Of a DNA stretch of 64,000 nt, positions 8,962-19,759 are shown one piece after another. The position numbers and the translations under genes are program-made. The notes under the pieces were generated by a model. It had not been told where the DNA came from, did no database searches, and saw only the letters and a program-made list of their open reading frames with translations. Source of the stretch: a virus; the IMG/VR virus record IMGVR_UViG_3300021420_000014; one strand, written 5' to 3'. Numbering within the stretch: position 1 is the stretch's first letter; every line of letters starts with the position of its first letter.

Positions 8962-10044
8962 ATGAGATCAGCACAACGTAGTGCAATCCAGAAGTCAGCA
9001 GCACAGAAGGCTTGGGAGACTCGCAAGAGGAACCGCAGCAATCCGCCACTGCCGCCAAAAAAGACAATTAAACTGCAACCATTGCCGGCGATCAAATTGC
9101 CGACGAATCCGGAACTTGTTTCGCCCGATCAGATCATGGCGCGCACCTGCGTTATGGTCCTCACTTTCCATGGCATCGGCAATCGCCGCAAGGTGGACAC
9201 TGACAACATAGAAGTCAAGTCAAGTGACAAGCGCGCCGCAGCCAAAGAAAGCGAAGTGGACAAGGCGTGGTTACACCTGACGAAGCGGCTGATCGAAGCG
9301 GAAGAACTAGACAAGATCACGTCCAGCTACGGTGAGATGCGCCGGTACGTTGAGAACTTGGCTTTGCCGTCGTACATTAAGCGCGGCGTATACATCATGC
9401 CGACCGCATTCGTGATGCAAGTGGACGCCAAACTCAAGGAAGGCACTGCGACCGTTCAACCATTCATCAAATCGCTCGGCAAACGCTACGAAGCCATCAA
9501 AGCAGAATCTCAAAAGAGGCTCGGTCCCCAATATAACGAGGCCGACTACATGACCAGAGAACAACTGATGGCTGCCTTTCAAGTGTCGTGGCGGTTCCTT
9601 TACGTGGATAGCGCACCGAACTTGGCCGGTGTATCAAAGGAAATCTACGAAGAGGAACGCCGAAAAGCGCAGCAAGATTGGGCAGATCTCGCCCAAGTTC
9701 ACAGACAGATGCTTCGCAGCCACATGTCGGAGTTCGTCAATCACTTGGCAGATAGGCTTGCGCCCAACGAAGAAGGCCGGCTCAAAATGTTCAAAGAAGG
9801 CTCTGTCACGAAGTTCCAGCAGTTTTTGGAAAACTTCGAGCCACGCAATATCGGCAACGATCTTCAAATGAAGGTTCTTGTCGATCGGGCAAAACAGTTG
9901 CTCACCGGCAACGACGCCGAGTCTTTGCGAACCAACGACGAACTGCGGGCACATGTAAGGCAAGGTTTTGAAAACATCAAAGCCGCCCTAGACACGATGG
10001 TTGTTTTGAAACCGCGACGGATCATTACATTTGACAGATCGTAG
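8962..10044 (+). CDS. DUF3150-like protein, tagged tail
   Basis: KRLI, ALPSYIKRGVY, RLGPQYNEADY, helical C-half; ends LKPRRIITFDRS. Confidence 0.6.
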   Translation: MRSAQRSAIQKSAAQKAWETRKRNRSNPPLPPKKTIKLQPLPAIKLPTNPELVSPDQIMARTCVMVLTFHGIGNRRKVDTDNIEVKSSDKRAAAKESEVDKAWLHLTKRLIEAEELDKITSSYGEMRRYVENLALPSYIKRGVYIMPTAFVMQVDAKLKEGTATVQPFIKSLGKRYEAIKAESQKRLGPQYNEADYMTREQLMAAFQVSWRFLYVDSAPNLAGVSKEIYEEERRKAQQDWADLAQVHRQMLRSHMSEFVNHLADRLAPNEEGRLKMFKEGSVTKFQQFLENFEPRNIGNDLQMKVLVDRAKQLLTGNDAESLRTNDELRAHVRQGFENIKAALDTMVVLKPRRIITFDRS

Positions 10045-10059
10045 CAAGTAACATACAAT
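10031..10059 (+). promoter_or_regulatory. sigma70-type promoter (phage family)
   Basis: TTGACAgatcgtag...TACAAT, 17-nt spacer. Confidence 0.7.
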
Positions 10060-10478
10060 AAGAGAGTGTAGAGCCATGAGAAAGCCGGAGCCATTTGCCA
10101 AAGTAAAAGTGGGGCCGGGCCAACCGGCCCCGCGGCGTTTTAAGACACTGGTGGATGGCAGTGAATTGGTTGCTTTGTACAACGAGTCGAATACGATGTG
10201 GGACATTTATCTGGATGGCTATCGAATCGGATATGTCAAACACAGAATGGAGTGGCTGGCACTCCTTCAGTTGGGGGCACGATTTAATCATCGCGTGATT
10301 GGCAAATTTGTGCGATGGCAGGATGCGGTCAATCACGTAATCACCACATTTCTGGCTCATCGGGCAAATTGGTCGGCCAGTAAGGCTCACCTATTTTTTA
10401 GCAAGGCTGTGAAGTTAGAAGATGTCGAGCAGGAACAGGTACCGCGACGCCGCTAAGTTCGCAAAAGGGAGAATCGAA

Positions 10479-11336
10479 ATGGGAGCGCATACCGTTTGGA
10501 AGGGACATTTGTCTTTCGGCTTGTTGAATATCCCGGTACGGTTGTACGTAGGAGCCCGGGACAAACGCGTTGAACTGCATACCTATCACACCAAATGCAA
10601 TGGTCCGGTCAAAGAACCGAAGTATTGCAACGCCTGCCAAGAGATGCTGGCTCCGGAACAAATCTACAAGGGCTATGCAATCGACGGGAAGATCGTTCAG
10701 ATTACCAAAGAAGAGATCGAACAGCTTACGCCAAGCAGCGGAAAAGTGTTGGAGATTACAGAATGCGTCAAGTGGGCCGACGTCGACCCACTCTATCTGG
10801 CCGAATCCTTTTATTTACTGCCAGAAGATGTCGGCCGCAAAGCCTACGGTCTCCTCGTCAAGACGCTCACCGATACTGGCCGTGTCGCCATTGCTCAACT
10901 AGCCAAGTCAGGCAGGGAGAACGTAATTCTCTTGCGGCCCAAAGGCAATGGGCTGATCGTTCATTACATTTGGTATCCGACAGAGATTGCAAGACTCGCT
11001 GAATTCGAAGATCTGGAAGCGGTCGCGTTCACAGCGTCCGAACTGAAATTGGCACGACAACTGGCCGAAAGTTTCGATTCCGAATTCAATCCCGAGATAT
11101 TCGAAGATGGCTACTACATGCGCTTAACTCAATTGATCGAATCCAAGCTGGACAAGTCGGTCCAGGCACCGCAAGCGGTCAATGTTGCAGTCGCTCCTCC
11201 GGCCCAAGATCTCATGGCCGCGCTGTCTGCTTCACTCGCTACTCCCAAGCCGCGTCGGTCGATCAAGTTGAATGCTGAGCCAGAGCCGGCGAAAGTTGCT
11301 GAAAAAACCAAGGGCAAGAAAGGCAAGGCGGCCTAA
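10479..11336 (+). CDS. ku: Ku (NHEJ DNA end-binding protein)
   Basis: WKGHLSFGLLNIPVRLY, IYKGY, VDPLYL..SFYLLP, KAYGLL, DLMAALSASL, Lys-rich tail. Confidence 0.93.
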   Translation: MGAHTVWKGHLSFGLLNIPVRLYVGARDKRVELHTYHTKCNGPVKEPKYCNACQEMLAPEQIYKGYAIDGKIVQITKEEIEQLTPSSGKVLEITECVKWADVDPLYLAESFYLLPEDVGRKAYGLLVKTLTDTGRVAIAQLAKSGRENVILLRPKGNGLIVHYIWYPTEIARLAEFEDLEAVAFTASELKLARQLAESFDSEFNPEIFEDGYYMRLTQLIESKLDKSVQAPQAVNVAVAPPAQDLMAALSASLATPKPRRSIKLNAEPEPAKVAEKTKGKKGKAA

Positions 11337-12520
11337 TGAGTCATTATGCGGTCCTAGTTATAGGTGACGATCCTGAAGGGCAGTTGGCTCCATTCCATAA
11401 GTTTGAGAGTACTGGCGACGATAACCAGTACGTTCAAAACATAGATCAAACCGAAGAGGCTCGCGCTCAATACACTGAGCACACCACCACGCGATACCGT
11501 GATCCAGAGGGAATACTTCACAATCCTTATACAGAAGAAGGTAATGCCAAGCCACAGTTTTGGCGCGATCCAACGCCAGAAGAGATAGCGGAGCACGGCA
11601 AAATGTTTGGCTCTGGCTTTGGCGGTGGTATCCGCTGGCTTTCAACAGATTGGAACGACGGCCTGGGCTACCGTGCCAAAGTTTTCCAATTGCCGGAGGG
11701 CTGGAATGAAGTTGAGGTTCCGACTCCCGAAGCAGAGACACTCGCCAAGTTTGTTGAAGGCTGGTATGGCCATAAAGTTGTTCCCTTTGGCGAACAGCCT
11801 GACCTGGTTGGCAAACACAAATACGGCTACACGCTGGTAGATTCGGGCGGCACAGTCGTGAAAGTTGTTGATCGCACAAACCCAAACAAAAAATGGGATT
11901 GGTATTCGGTAGGTGGCCGCTGGACCGGCTATTTCAAATTGAAAGCGGTTGGCGTTGGCGTCCTGGGCAAACCAGGAATCCAAGCAATAGCTTCAGATTA
12001 CAAAGCACCTGAGAGAGACCGCGCCGATCTGTGCCGGAAATGCGACATAGACATCGAGGGAATGCGCAATGAAGCAGAAGAAAAGGCAGCAAGAAAATAC
12101 GATCTAGTGTGGTCGATCATAGGAGCACACCAGCGTCCTCTAACCTGGGAGGAAGTAAAAAAACTTCATCAAAACGGTGTCGATGGGAAAGGTAGACCTA
12201 ACGTCGATTTTGACGCCGCTAGAAAATACTACAATCAGCAACCTGCGGTAGTCGCGCTTCGTGAAAACGAAACGGCAACATGGTATGAGGTGGACGACTT
12301 TCTGGTAGCGCGTGAAGAGTATTTGCGCCGAGCACGCGCCGGGGCTCTGACGACGTTTGCAGTCATCAAAGATGGCCAGTGGTACGAGCGAGGCAGCATG
12401 GGCTGGTGGGGAGTCGTCTCGAACGAGGAAGACCACGACGAATGGAATATCAAGTTCGCGTCTCTGATCGATGGACTGCCAGACGATACGATTCTAACGA
12501 TTATTGATTGCCATATCTAA
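11336..12520 (+). CDS. conserved phage hypothetical protein
   Basis: MSHYAVLVIG, NPNKKWDWYSVGGRW, G.WYERGSMGWWG, IDCHI. Confidence 0.7.
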   Translation: MSHYAVLVIGDDPEGQLAPFHKFESTGDDNQYVQNIDQTEEARAQYTEHTTTRYRDPEGILHNPYTEEGNAKPQFWRDPTPEEIAEHGKMFGSGFGGGIRWLSTDWNDGLGYRAKVFQLPEGWNEVEVPTPEAETLAKFVEGWYGHKVVPFGEQPDLVGKHKYGYTLVDSGGTVVKVVDRTNPNKKWDWYSVGGRWTGYFKLKAVGVGVLGKPGIQAIASDYKAPERDRADLCRKCDIDIEGMRNEAEEKAARKYDLVWSIIGAHQRPLTWEEVKKLHQNGVDGKGRPNVDFDAARKYYNQQPAVVALRENETATWYEVDDFLVAREEYLRRARAGALTTFAVIKDGQWYERGSMGWWGVVSNEEDHDEWNIKFASLIDGLPDDTILTIIDCHI

Positions 12521-12906
12521 ACGTCTGAAGGAGCCGTCGTTTTTATGAGCCGTGAGCTAATGATTAGGTTGGCTGACGTCTGGGCCAGCCTTGCCACAAG
12601 ACCATTCATATGCACACAGGCCGCTGACGAATCTCGCGCAATTGTTGGCGGCATCATTTATGGCTATTACGCCGAAGATAATCCTACTGCTTTCCTTGGG
12701 CATGACGAAGGCGGACACGATTTCTTAGTCGTCGACGACCGTTGGATTCTTGATTTTTGGGCCGCAGCCTACTATGGGGAAATGCCCGTTTGGGATCTGC
12801 ATGAGCCAAGTGATGCCGCGGATATCGCTAGGCTCTATGGCCCACGCGACAAGTGGACCAATATCGACACTCGGCCGAAGGAACCTAGATTCTTGGAGGA
12901 TAACTA

Positions 12907-13275
12907 ATGAATAACGAAGCAATAAGTAAAGCATTGGCGGATCTCAAGGCGATGTTGCCGGATCTGAAAGCTGCGCACATTATTATCGTTTCTATGGCGT
13001 ACAGCGGCAGCGGCGACGAAGGTACTACGGAACCGGCTAAATTCTTTGCCAAGTTCTCTGATGAACCCGAAGTCGAAATAATCCCATCCGGCGAACTCAG
13101 CAAAAAGATCAACAGTATTTTCGAGACCATCTTGTTGGAAGAATTGGGCGGTTGGGACCAAAACGAGGGCTCGACCGGGACGTTCCAGCTCCACGTTGAA
13201 GCTGGCGAGCTCGACATCAATCATAACTGGTACGTGCAATCAACCGAGGAAGATCCACGGAAGTTCACACTCTAA
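12907..13275 (+). CDS. DUF6878-like protein
   Basis: YSGSGDEG, GWDQNEGSTG; coupled to next gene. Confidence 0.6.
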   Translation: MNNEAISKALADLKAMLPDLKAAHIIIVSMAYSGSGDEGTTEPAKFFAKFSDEPEVEIIPSGELSKKINSIFETILLEELGGWDQNEGSTGTFQLHVEAGELDINHNWYVQSTEEDPRKFTL

Positions 13276-13622
13276 TGCACCCACTTCATCATGCTCAGTC
13301 GTCTGTCAAAAAGTACGGTGGCCAGGTAGAGGATTATCTGCCTATTCACAATTGGTTCGACGAATCAAAAAGTTTTCACGCCACATTTCGCCATAGAGCA
13401 CTGCGGCATCATTCCGAAGGCATCTTCATGGCCGAGCGCATCTTTGGCGTTTCGATTCGCAACTCAGACGGCAAAGAGATTCCCACCCGATTCATCGGGG
13501 AACAACACGTCCTCGAAGACTGCGGCTTTATCCCATCGGTCTCTGACTGGCTGAAGAATATCAAGCCAGAGTCCTGGATGTTGCGCGTAGGCAAGAAGTC
13601 ATTGGAATTGGAGAAACTATGA
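13275..13622 (+). CDS. DUF6915 family protein
   Basis: HPLHHAQSSVKKYGG, RHRALRHHSEGIF, GEQHVLEDCG. Confidence 0.75.
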   Translation: MHPLHHAQSSVKKYGGQVEDYLPIHNWFDESKSFHATFRHRALRHHSEGIFMAERIFGVSIRNSDGKEIPTRFIGEQHVLEDCGFIPSVSDWLKNIKPESWMLRVGKKSLELEKL

Positions 13623-14922
13623 ACTGCTATGGATGTGGAGAACCGATTACAACCGTTCACTGCTTGGTATTTCAGGAAAGCCATGTTCCGCAAGGACAAC
13701 GCGGCTGTGAAATCTCATTCAAATTCATGGCTACCGAAGAAGCCGAACAGCGTGGCCGAGCCGCCTTTGGCGGAATGGGCTGCGCGACAAGCCACTTCAA
13801 TATTTGGATGATAAAGCATACAACTCCGGAAGGGCAGGTGGCTCATTCATGAATCAAGACGCAATGGCAGCAGCGAAGCGTGCTACAGCACGCCGGCTCG
13901 TCTCAAAACATATCGCTTCGTTAAAAAGTTTATTGGCAGACGCCAAGCGAAAATCGGCCAACCAAACACCAGCCTGGAACGCCAGTCAGGAAATAGTTGA
14001 CGCTCTCGAATTGGTCCTGAATCTGAGCCTTCCCACAGAGACTCCGAACGAGAAGCTTTTGTACGCAGCCAAAGCGGTCCGAGATGGATGGGGCACAACC
14101 TGACCGAACCGATGGGTCGCTTAAACGAGGCTATCGATGAATGCGAGGCCAAATGAATCCAGATGAGCCAGTTGGATTTCCGCGAGAGCTCATGGTCAAG
14201 CAATTCGTTGGCAAGGTTCGCGGCAACTATTGCGATTTCCTTGTATTCACAACCGGTGATCCGAAGTATTTGCTGTTCTGTCCTTTGGATCGATATGGCT
14301 GCCAGGGAACATTGCAATTTCCAATCAAGAAAACCGATCTTTGCCGTGATTGGAAGAAAAGGATGATCGTGTGACTACGAAATGGAAAGTTCCATTGTGG
14401 ATGAAGCCGTACCTAACCTTCGTCACCGTTCCTCATGGTCTTGAGGTTGAAGACGTGATGAACGGCAGTTCTTTGATGATTCCAACACTCGTGGAAAATA
14501 CCGTGAAAGGCCAAGTCGCGTTGCTTATGACAATGCACGAACACGGTTGCCTTCCAGAACAGCCTAATAAATATGCGCTAGGCACAAAGGTTATCGATAT
14601 CAATGGGCGCACCGGCCAAGTCAGAGAAGTCTTATGGTCAGTTGGCTATCTCTTAGACGATCAGGATTGCACCGAATTGAACCAAGAGGACGAAATAAAA
14701 CTAGGACTGGTGAAACAACATTGAATCACTATCCTGTACTCAGCCAGCGGAACGCACTGAAAAGCCGCTGTCCTCGCGGTCACGTCTACAACAAACGCAA
14801 TACGCGCATCGATTCACGCGGCTGGCGGCGATGTAAACCATGCGAACGCATTCAAAACCGAGAAGCCAAACGCAGGCTGTATAAGTTTGGTTCCAGAAAA
14901 AGTGTGAGCCAACAGGAGCTAT

Positions 14923-15201
14923 ATGAGTTGGAGGGTTCCAAAAAAGTGTTCAAACTGCCCCTTCCGTACTAGTGGCATAGGCCTTCATTTGCGCCGTTCG
15001 CTTCGCCCGGGCCGGTGGCGCGGGATCCTTGACGGACTTAGGCGCGGAGAAGCTTTTGAATGCCACAAGACCGTAGCGCACAACGAAGATGGCGATTCAG
15101 TTGCCGGCACAGGCTTGATGTGCGCTGGTGCGATCGAATGGCTCGACCGCCATAGCATATCGAATCAATTTGTGCGGATCATGGAGCGGATTCATGGATG
15201 A
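14923..15201 (+). CDS. Cys-rich CxxCPF...CH...CAG protein (DUF6283-like)
   Basis: CSNCPF, FECHKT, CAGA; a similar domain starts the gene at 34215. Confidence 0.55.
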   Translation: MSWRVPKKCSNCPFRTSGIGLHLRRSLRPGRWRGILDGLRRGEAFECHKTVAHNEDGDSVAGTGLMCAGAIEWLDRHSISNQFVRIMERIHG

Positions 15202-16882
15202 ACTAATCCTCAAGAAGATCCTGTCCGAGCATGAGTTCAAGCTGTATTTGGAAGCCGTAACTGGTCACACAACCGATGCCATTAAGGGCACGGCGGCCTA
15301 CGACTACATTCACGAAAAAGCTGACCTTCATAAAGTGGAAGAGGACCCGCGCTATCTAGGTGCGCATCGAGAGCCTGACGGCGCGTTGCTGCTCTTCACC
15401 GATGGTTCTAGTTCGTTGATAAAAACGCATCATCACATTGAATTCAAGCCTTCCGGTCGTGGGAAAGCAAGGATTCCGCCGAATCCTGATTATCCAAACG
15501 GTCGAAGGCTAGATGTTACTGAAGGACAAGAAGCTAGTTGCTATGTGAATCTGCCTTATCCGGCTCCAGAGTGTGGCATATGGATAGTCGAATGCGGCAA
15601 ATGCAGAACCAATGCTGCGGTCACTGCCGCAGGTCGGCCTGACGATCCGATCAGCATTAAGATTCCGTGTAAAAAAGATAGTCATAGTCAAGGTACGTAT
15701 CGTAGAGCCGATGGTGTGTTGGGCGAACGATTGGTCTTCAAAGCAGGATTCGACGTGCCTGACGACGATCATGCTGCCTTGGTTCCGAAAGCAGTAGCAT
15801 ACGACAAAAAAGGAAAAGGAATGATTATCGACCGACTCATCTACGACTACCGATACGATGCCGTACTGACAATCAAGCTGATGCAGACCATGGATGACAA
15901 GGCATCGCAACAGGAAGCAGCCGTTAAGGCGCACATGCAGCACAAATATGCGGATTCCTTGGAATCGTCGGTGCGATATTGGCTCGACGTGCGTGAAATA
16001 GAAAAGTTCAGGACCGTGAAGATTCGGTGGAAACACTTTCCGCCTTGCATCCACGATCAAATGTTCATTGAATTCAACGGAGAGCTGAAGTTTGATTTTC
16101 GACCATGGAAACGCCCAGATATTTTTGTGTCGGAGACCGAACAAAATCTAAAGCCTGCACCGCTAGTATTGGCTCCCTATAGTCTGCCAGATACGACTTA
16201 TCGTGCCGTGCATATCCAAAGGAACTTACCACCGCATAAATTTTTTGGATGGCCTGAAGACAAACCGGTAATTCGCGCCACATGGTATGAAAAACCGATG
16301 TGGATTAAGCATCCTGAACTTGGCGATATACCCGCTATAGACAACTATGTCGTCACGCTTTGCGAGTCCGTCTGGCCTAAAAGGTTGGACGTTTTCAAAG
16401 TTGGCGATCCAGATGAGATTGCCCACCCAGGCGAAAGAGCACACGCGGATCGGCTGATGTTTATGACAGCCAATCTCATGTACTTCTTGGCCGCTGAGAA
16501 TATCGTCAAGGTTCGGATTCGGCCAGAACATCACGAACGCTGCGGACGCGAGCTCTCCGGGCTTCCAAAATCCGACAAGCCATACTATGTTCTGCCGTTT
16601 CAGTTGCCGCGCTATAGGTACCTACACCGTGACGATGAGAAGCCAAATGGAACCACCGGCCGGCATGTGAGCGTTTGCTTTGATGTCCGCGGCCACTTCC
16701 GACATTTAGATGCCCAACGATTCGAGCGTGACGCCAACGGCAATGTGCGCGTAATTTGGATCGGCGGTCACCAGCGCGGCTTAGGCCACGTTTACCGGCC
16801 GACTGTCCGGCGAGGATTGATAAGCCATTTATTTCTAGATTATGACAAATTTATCGCTCAGGAGACAAAGCGTGCTAGGTAA
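15197..16882 (+). CDS. large hypothetical phage protein
   Basis: long ORF; C-terminal VRGHFR...WIGGHQRG motif. Confidence 0.6.
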   Translation, partial: DELILKKILSEHEFKLYLEAVTGHTTDAIKGTAAYDYIHEKADLHKVEEDPRYLGAHREPDGALLLFTDGSSSLIKTHHHIEFKPSGRGKARIPPNPDYPNGRRLDVTEGQEASCYVNLPYPAPECGIWIVECGKCRTNAAVTAAGRPDDPISIKIPCKKDSHSQGTYRRADGVLGERLVFKAGFDVPDDDHAALVPKAVAYDKKGKGMIIDRLIYDYRYDAVLTIKLMQTMDDKASQQEAAVKAHMQHKYADSLESSVRYWLDVREIEKFRTVKIRWKHFPPCIHDQMFIEFNGELKFDFRPWKRPDIFVSETEQNLKPAPLVLAPYSLPDTTYRAVHIQRNLPPHKFFGWPEDKPVIRATWYEKPMWIKHPELGDIPAIDNYVVTLCESVWPKRLDVFKVGDPDEIAHPGERAHADRLMFMTANLMYFLAAENIVKVRIRPEHHERCGRELSGLPKSDKPYYVLPFQLPRYRYLHRDDEKPNGTTGRHVSVCFDVRGHFRHLDAQRFERDANGNVRVIWIGGHQRGLGHVYRPTVRRGLISHLFLDYDKFIAQETKRAR

Positions 16883-17096
16883 GCACGAATATCTGAAACG
16901 GCGCAAAGAACTAAAGCGAGAATTGCGCGCGGCTAAAAAAGAACAGCGTCGTCTTAATAAAGAGCTCCAAAGGTTGGATGCTGAATTAGACGCAGCGGCA
17001 GCAAAATTGGGCGATGCCATTGTAGACGAAGGCAAAGTCGTACTGCTTGACGGTGGATCGTCGCTCGTTGCCAGACATAAACCTGTCAAACCGTAG

Positions 17097-17125
17097 TTGA
17101 CATACCGTACCTACCACGATATAAT
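17097..17125 (+). promoter_or_regulatory. sigma70 consensus promoter
   Basis: TTGACAtaccgtac...TATAAT, 17-nt spacer. Confidence 0.9.
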
Positions 17126-17163
17126 AATAGAACTAGCAGTCAATTCTCAAAAGGGAGAATCTT

Positions 17164-17910
17164 ATGCTCAAAAAGTTTAAGCCGTTGGCGCATTCCGATG
17201 AATTTGGCTATGCCTACGATTCTCAGGCCATGGATTTCAATGCTCCGTTTTTAGATCACTTCCGTATCTACCACACCTACGGTCACGATCTGGTTCAGCA
17301 TTCACCGGACTGGTCTGTGACCGTCGATCAGGCAGCTGATTATCTCGCATCACTCGCCGAGGCCATGAAAGACGATCAGGAATTGCTTGAGGCCGTGCGG
17401 TTCCATATTTCGCGCCGGCCAAGCAGGAAAGAGATCGAATTCGCCGCATCGATCAAGTGGAAAGAGGATTCGAAGGTCCGCTATTTCTCGGTCGCCGAAC
17501 AGAGAATCTCATCCTCTGACAGCAAACGCCACGACAAGCGGTATCAAGAAATCGGATCTCAGTGCGACGGCACTGCCCAATCGATCTTTCGCATTTTGGT
17601 CCGAGAATACGCCGCTGGCTTAGAGCGTTATTGTTATGCCCACGCCATACGTGAATGGTGCCTTGAAAACGGCAGCAATGATGATCGGCCATACATGCAG
17701 TTGCCTGGCCTATTCATGAATTGGTTCAAATCACCTGCCGGTCGTGACAAACGCGAGGAAGCGCAGCGGATTAATGATGGCTACGAAGCGTGCTGGTATT
17801 TAGTCCAGGCTTCCTACAATCGTGCGGCAGCGGAAGCTGCCATAAGAAACTACCAAAATAAACTGCACAAGACGGAACCTACACCGGAATCGTCATGCTC
17901 CGCAGAGTGA
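17164..17910 (+). CDS. hypothetical protein
   Basis: AAAGGGAGAAT RBS directly after promoter. Confidence 0.65.
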   Translation: MLKKFKPLAHSDEFGYAYDSQAMDFNAPFLDHFRIYHTYGHDLVQHSPDWSVTVDQAADYLASLAEAMKDDQELLEAVRFHISRRPSRKEIEFAASIKWKEDSKVRYFSVAEQRISSSDSKRHDKRYQEIGSQCDGTAQSIFRILVREYAAGLERYCYAHAIREWCLENGSNDDRPYMQLPGLFMNWFKSPAGRDKREEAQRINDGYEACWYLVQASYNRAAAEAAIRNYQNKLHKTEPTPESSCSAE

Positions 17911-18982
17911 TCGGGCAGGTGATTTGGTACTTTGTGGCTGACCGCGTTGAACAATTGGCTTGCGCTTGCAATCGCGATCTAATTGACGAGGATGACTTGC
18001 AAAGTGAGCTTCGGGATGTTCGGCACGATATACGGCTAGTTGATCGCCGCGTCGATGAACTTGAGGGCGAAGTATAGATGGTCCAAACGCTGTTCGGCAC
18101 AATTGAGAACAAGGCCGAGGCCCGGGAGCGCGCCCAAAAGATGGCCGAGCTATATGACGCGCTGCGTGAGGCTCCGGAAGCACTCGATTGCCGACGGGTA
18201 CAGATTGGGGACCTGACTTACTTCATCGAACGCAGCAACGCTTGCAAGCTGGACTTAAACGACCATGATGGCCTGCATCGCCTGATTGGAGATCCAGAAG
18301 AATTAATAACGGCTCGCGACTGCGCCTTCATGCGCCGACACAAACGCTGGTGGCGTAAAACACCAAAAGGCTACCTGGGATATTCAGCTGCGATCTATTG
18401 CGCGACACTTCACCCAAAGGAAATCAAGTATCTCGAAGATCAACGGATATGGATTCAGGACGAGATTGACTCAATCGAAACAAATGTCCCGATCATTCGC
18501 GAACAGGTAAAAGCTTTGAAGGCTGTAGCACCACTGCCGGAAGATATTGCCAAACGGCACGGCCTGACTGTAGATGGCGATCCACTGAAACCAATCGAGG
18601 AGAAAGCAAAATGTTAAGATTTGGGACCCAATCAATCGACATAGGAAAGCTGACCGAAGATGAAACCGCGGACCTGTTCATAGCTGCGGCTAAATCCCTT
18701 AGAGAAGAAAGGCTGTTGGAGTCGTTCGATCTGATTCTGACCACAAAGCAAAAAGAAGAGTTGGGCGAGACATGGTTCAACATCGATTCTGGACCACGAT
18801 GAAGCGCCAATGCCGATTCTGTAAAGAACGGACTGGCGCGATCACTTGTTTTCGTATTCCGACAAGAAATAGCAATCCTTTTATTTATGCTCACGAAAAA
18901 TGCTTCCGGCAATGGCTTGAGGCTTGCTTAGCCAAACTTGAACAACGGTAGCCTGCCGAGAAAAGGCAAAGGGAGAATAAAA

Positions 18983-19759
18983 ATACGCCGAATCATTAAA
19001 AATCGATGCCCACACTGCGGCCGTATTCGCGGCACTGGCCATACATGTCCCACATTCAACTGGCGATTCAAAGACCTAACAGGCAGGAGATTCTCTAGGC
19101 TTACCGTAATATCTTTAGCCAAAGAGAAAAGGCGCAATCAATTAACGTGGGTATGCGTGTGCACGTGCGGCAACAAGATCATCGTTACCACTGGAGATCT
19201 AAAAACTGGCAACACTAGAAGCTGTGGATGCATAAGGCATAAAAACATAGCTGGCGAACGCTTCGGATTATTGATTGCGATAAAACGCGATGGTTACATC
19301 CGGAGGCACAAGGCTTGGTTGTGCAAATGCGACTGTGGCAACGAAACGCGTGTTCCATACGGCCGTCTTACTGCCAGAGCGGTAATTAGCTGTGGCTGTC
19401 AGAGAGGTGGCCACAATAGACTTCCTAATCATCTAGCACGCAGGCGAAGAATTTTTTACCACTATCATAGATGGAGTGCACGGCTAGGAAGGCCGTTCCG
19501 CCTTAGCTTTAGGCAAGTAGACCGCCTTATTAAAAAGTCTTGCTATTACTGCGGCCACAAAACCGATGTTTCATCCGGACACTTTAATGGCATAGATCGA
19601 GTAGATAACACCATCGGATACGTTGCTGCAAATGTGGTGCCATGTTGTTGGCAATGCAATCGAATGAAAGGCAAGTTGTCACACGACGACTTCATCGCGC
19701 GGTGTATTCAGATAAATAAATTACACAAGGGAGAATTAAATGAAATCAATAATACTTGA
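18983..19759 (+). CDS. HNH-type homing endonuclease (start uncertain)
   Basis: two DLTG.RF..L...W.C.C.CGN...SCGC repeats; CYYCG, GIDRVDN, NVVPCCWQCNRMK. Confidence 0.85.
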   Translation: MRRIIKNRCPHCGRIRGTGHTCPTFNWRFKDLTGRRFSRLTVISLAKEKRRNQLTWVCVCTCGNKIIVTTGDLKTGNTRSCGCIRHKNIAGERFGLLIAIKRDGYIRRHKAWLCKCDCGNETRVPYGRLTARAVISCGCQRGGHNRLPNHLARRRRIFYHYHRWSARLGRPFRLSFRQVDRLIKKSCYYCGHKTDVSSGHFNGIDRVDNTIGYVAANVVPCCWQCNRMKGKLSHDDFIARCIQINKLHKGELNEINNT

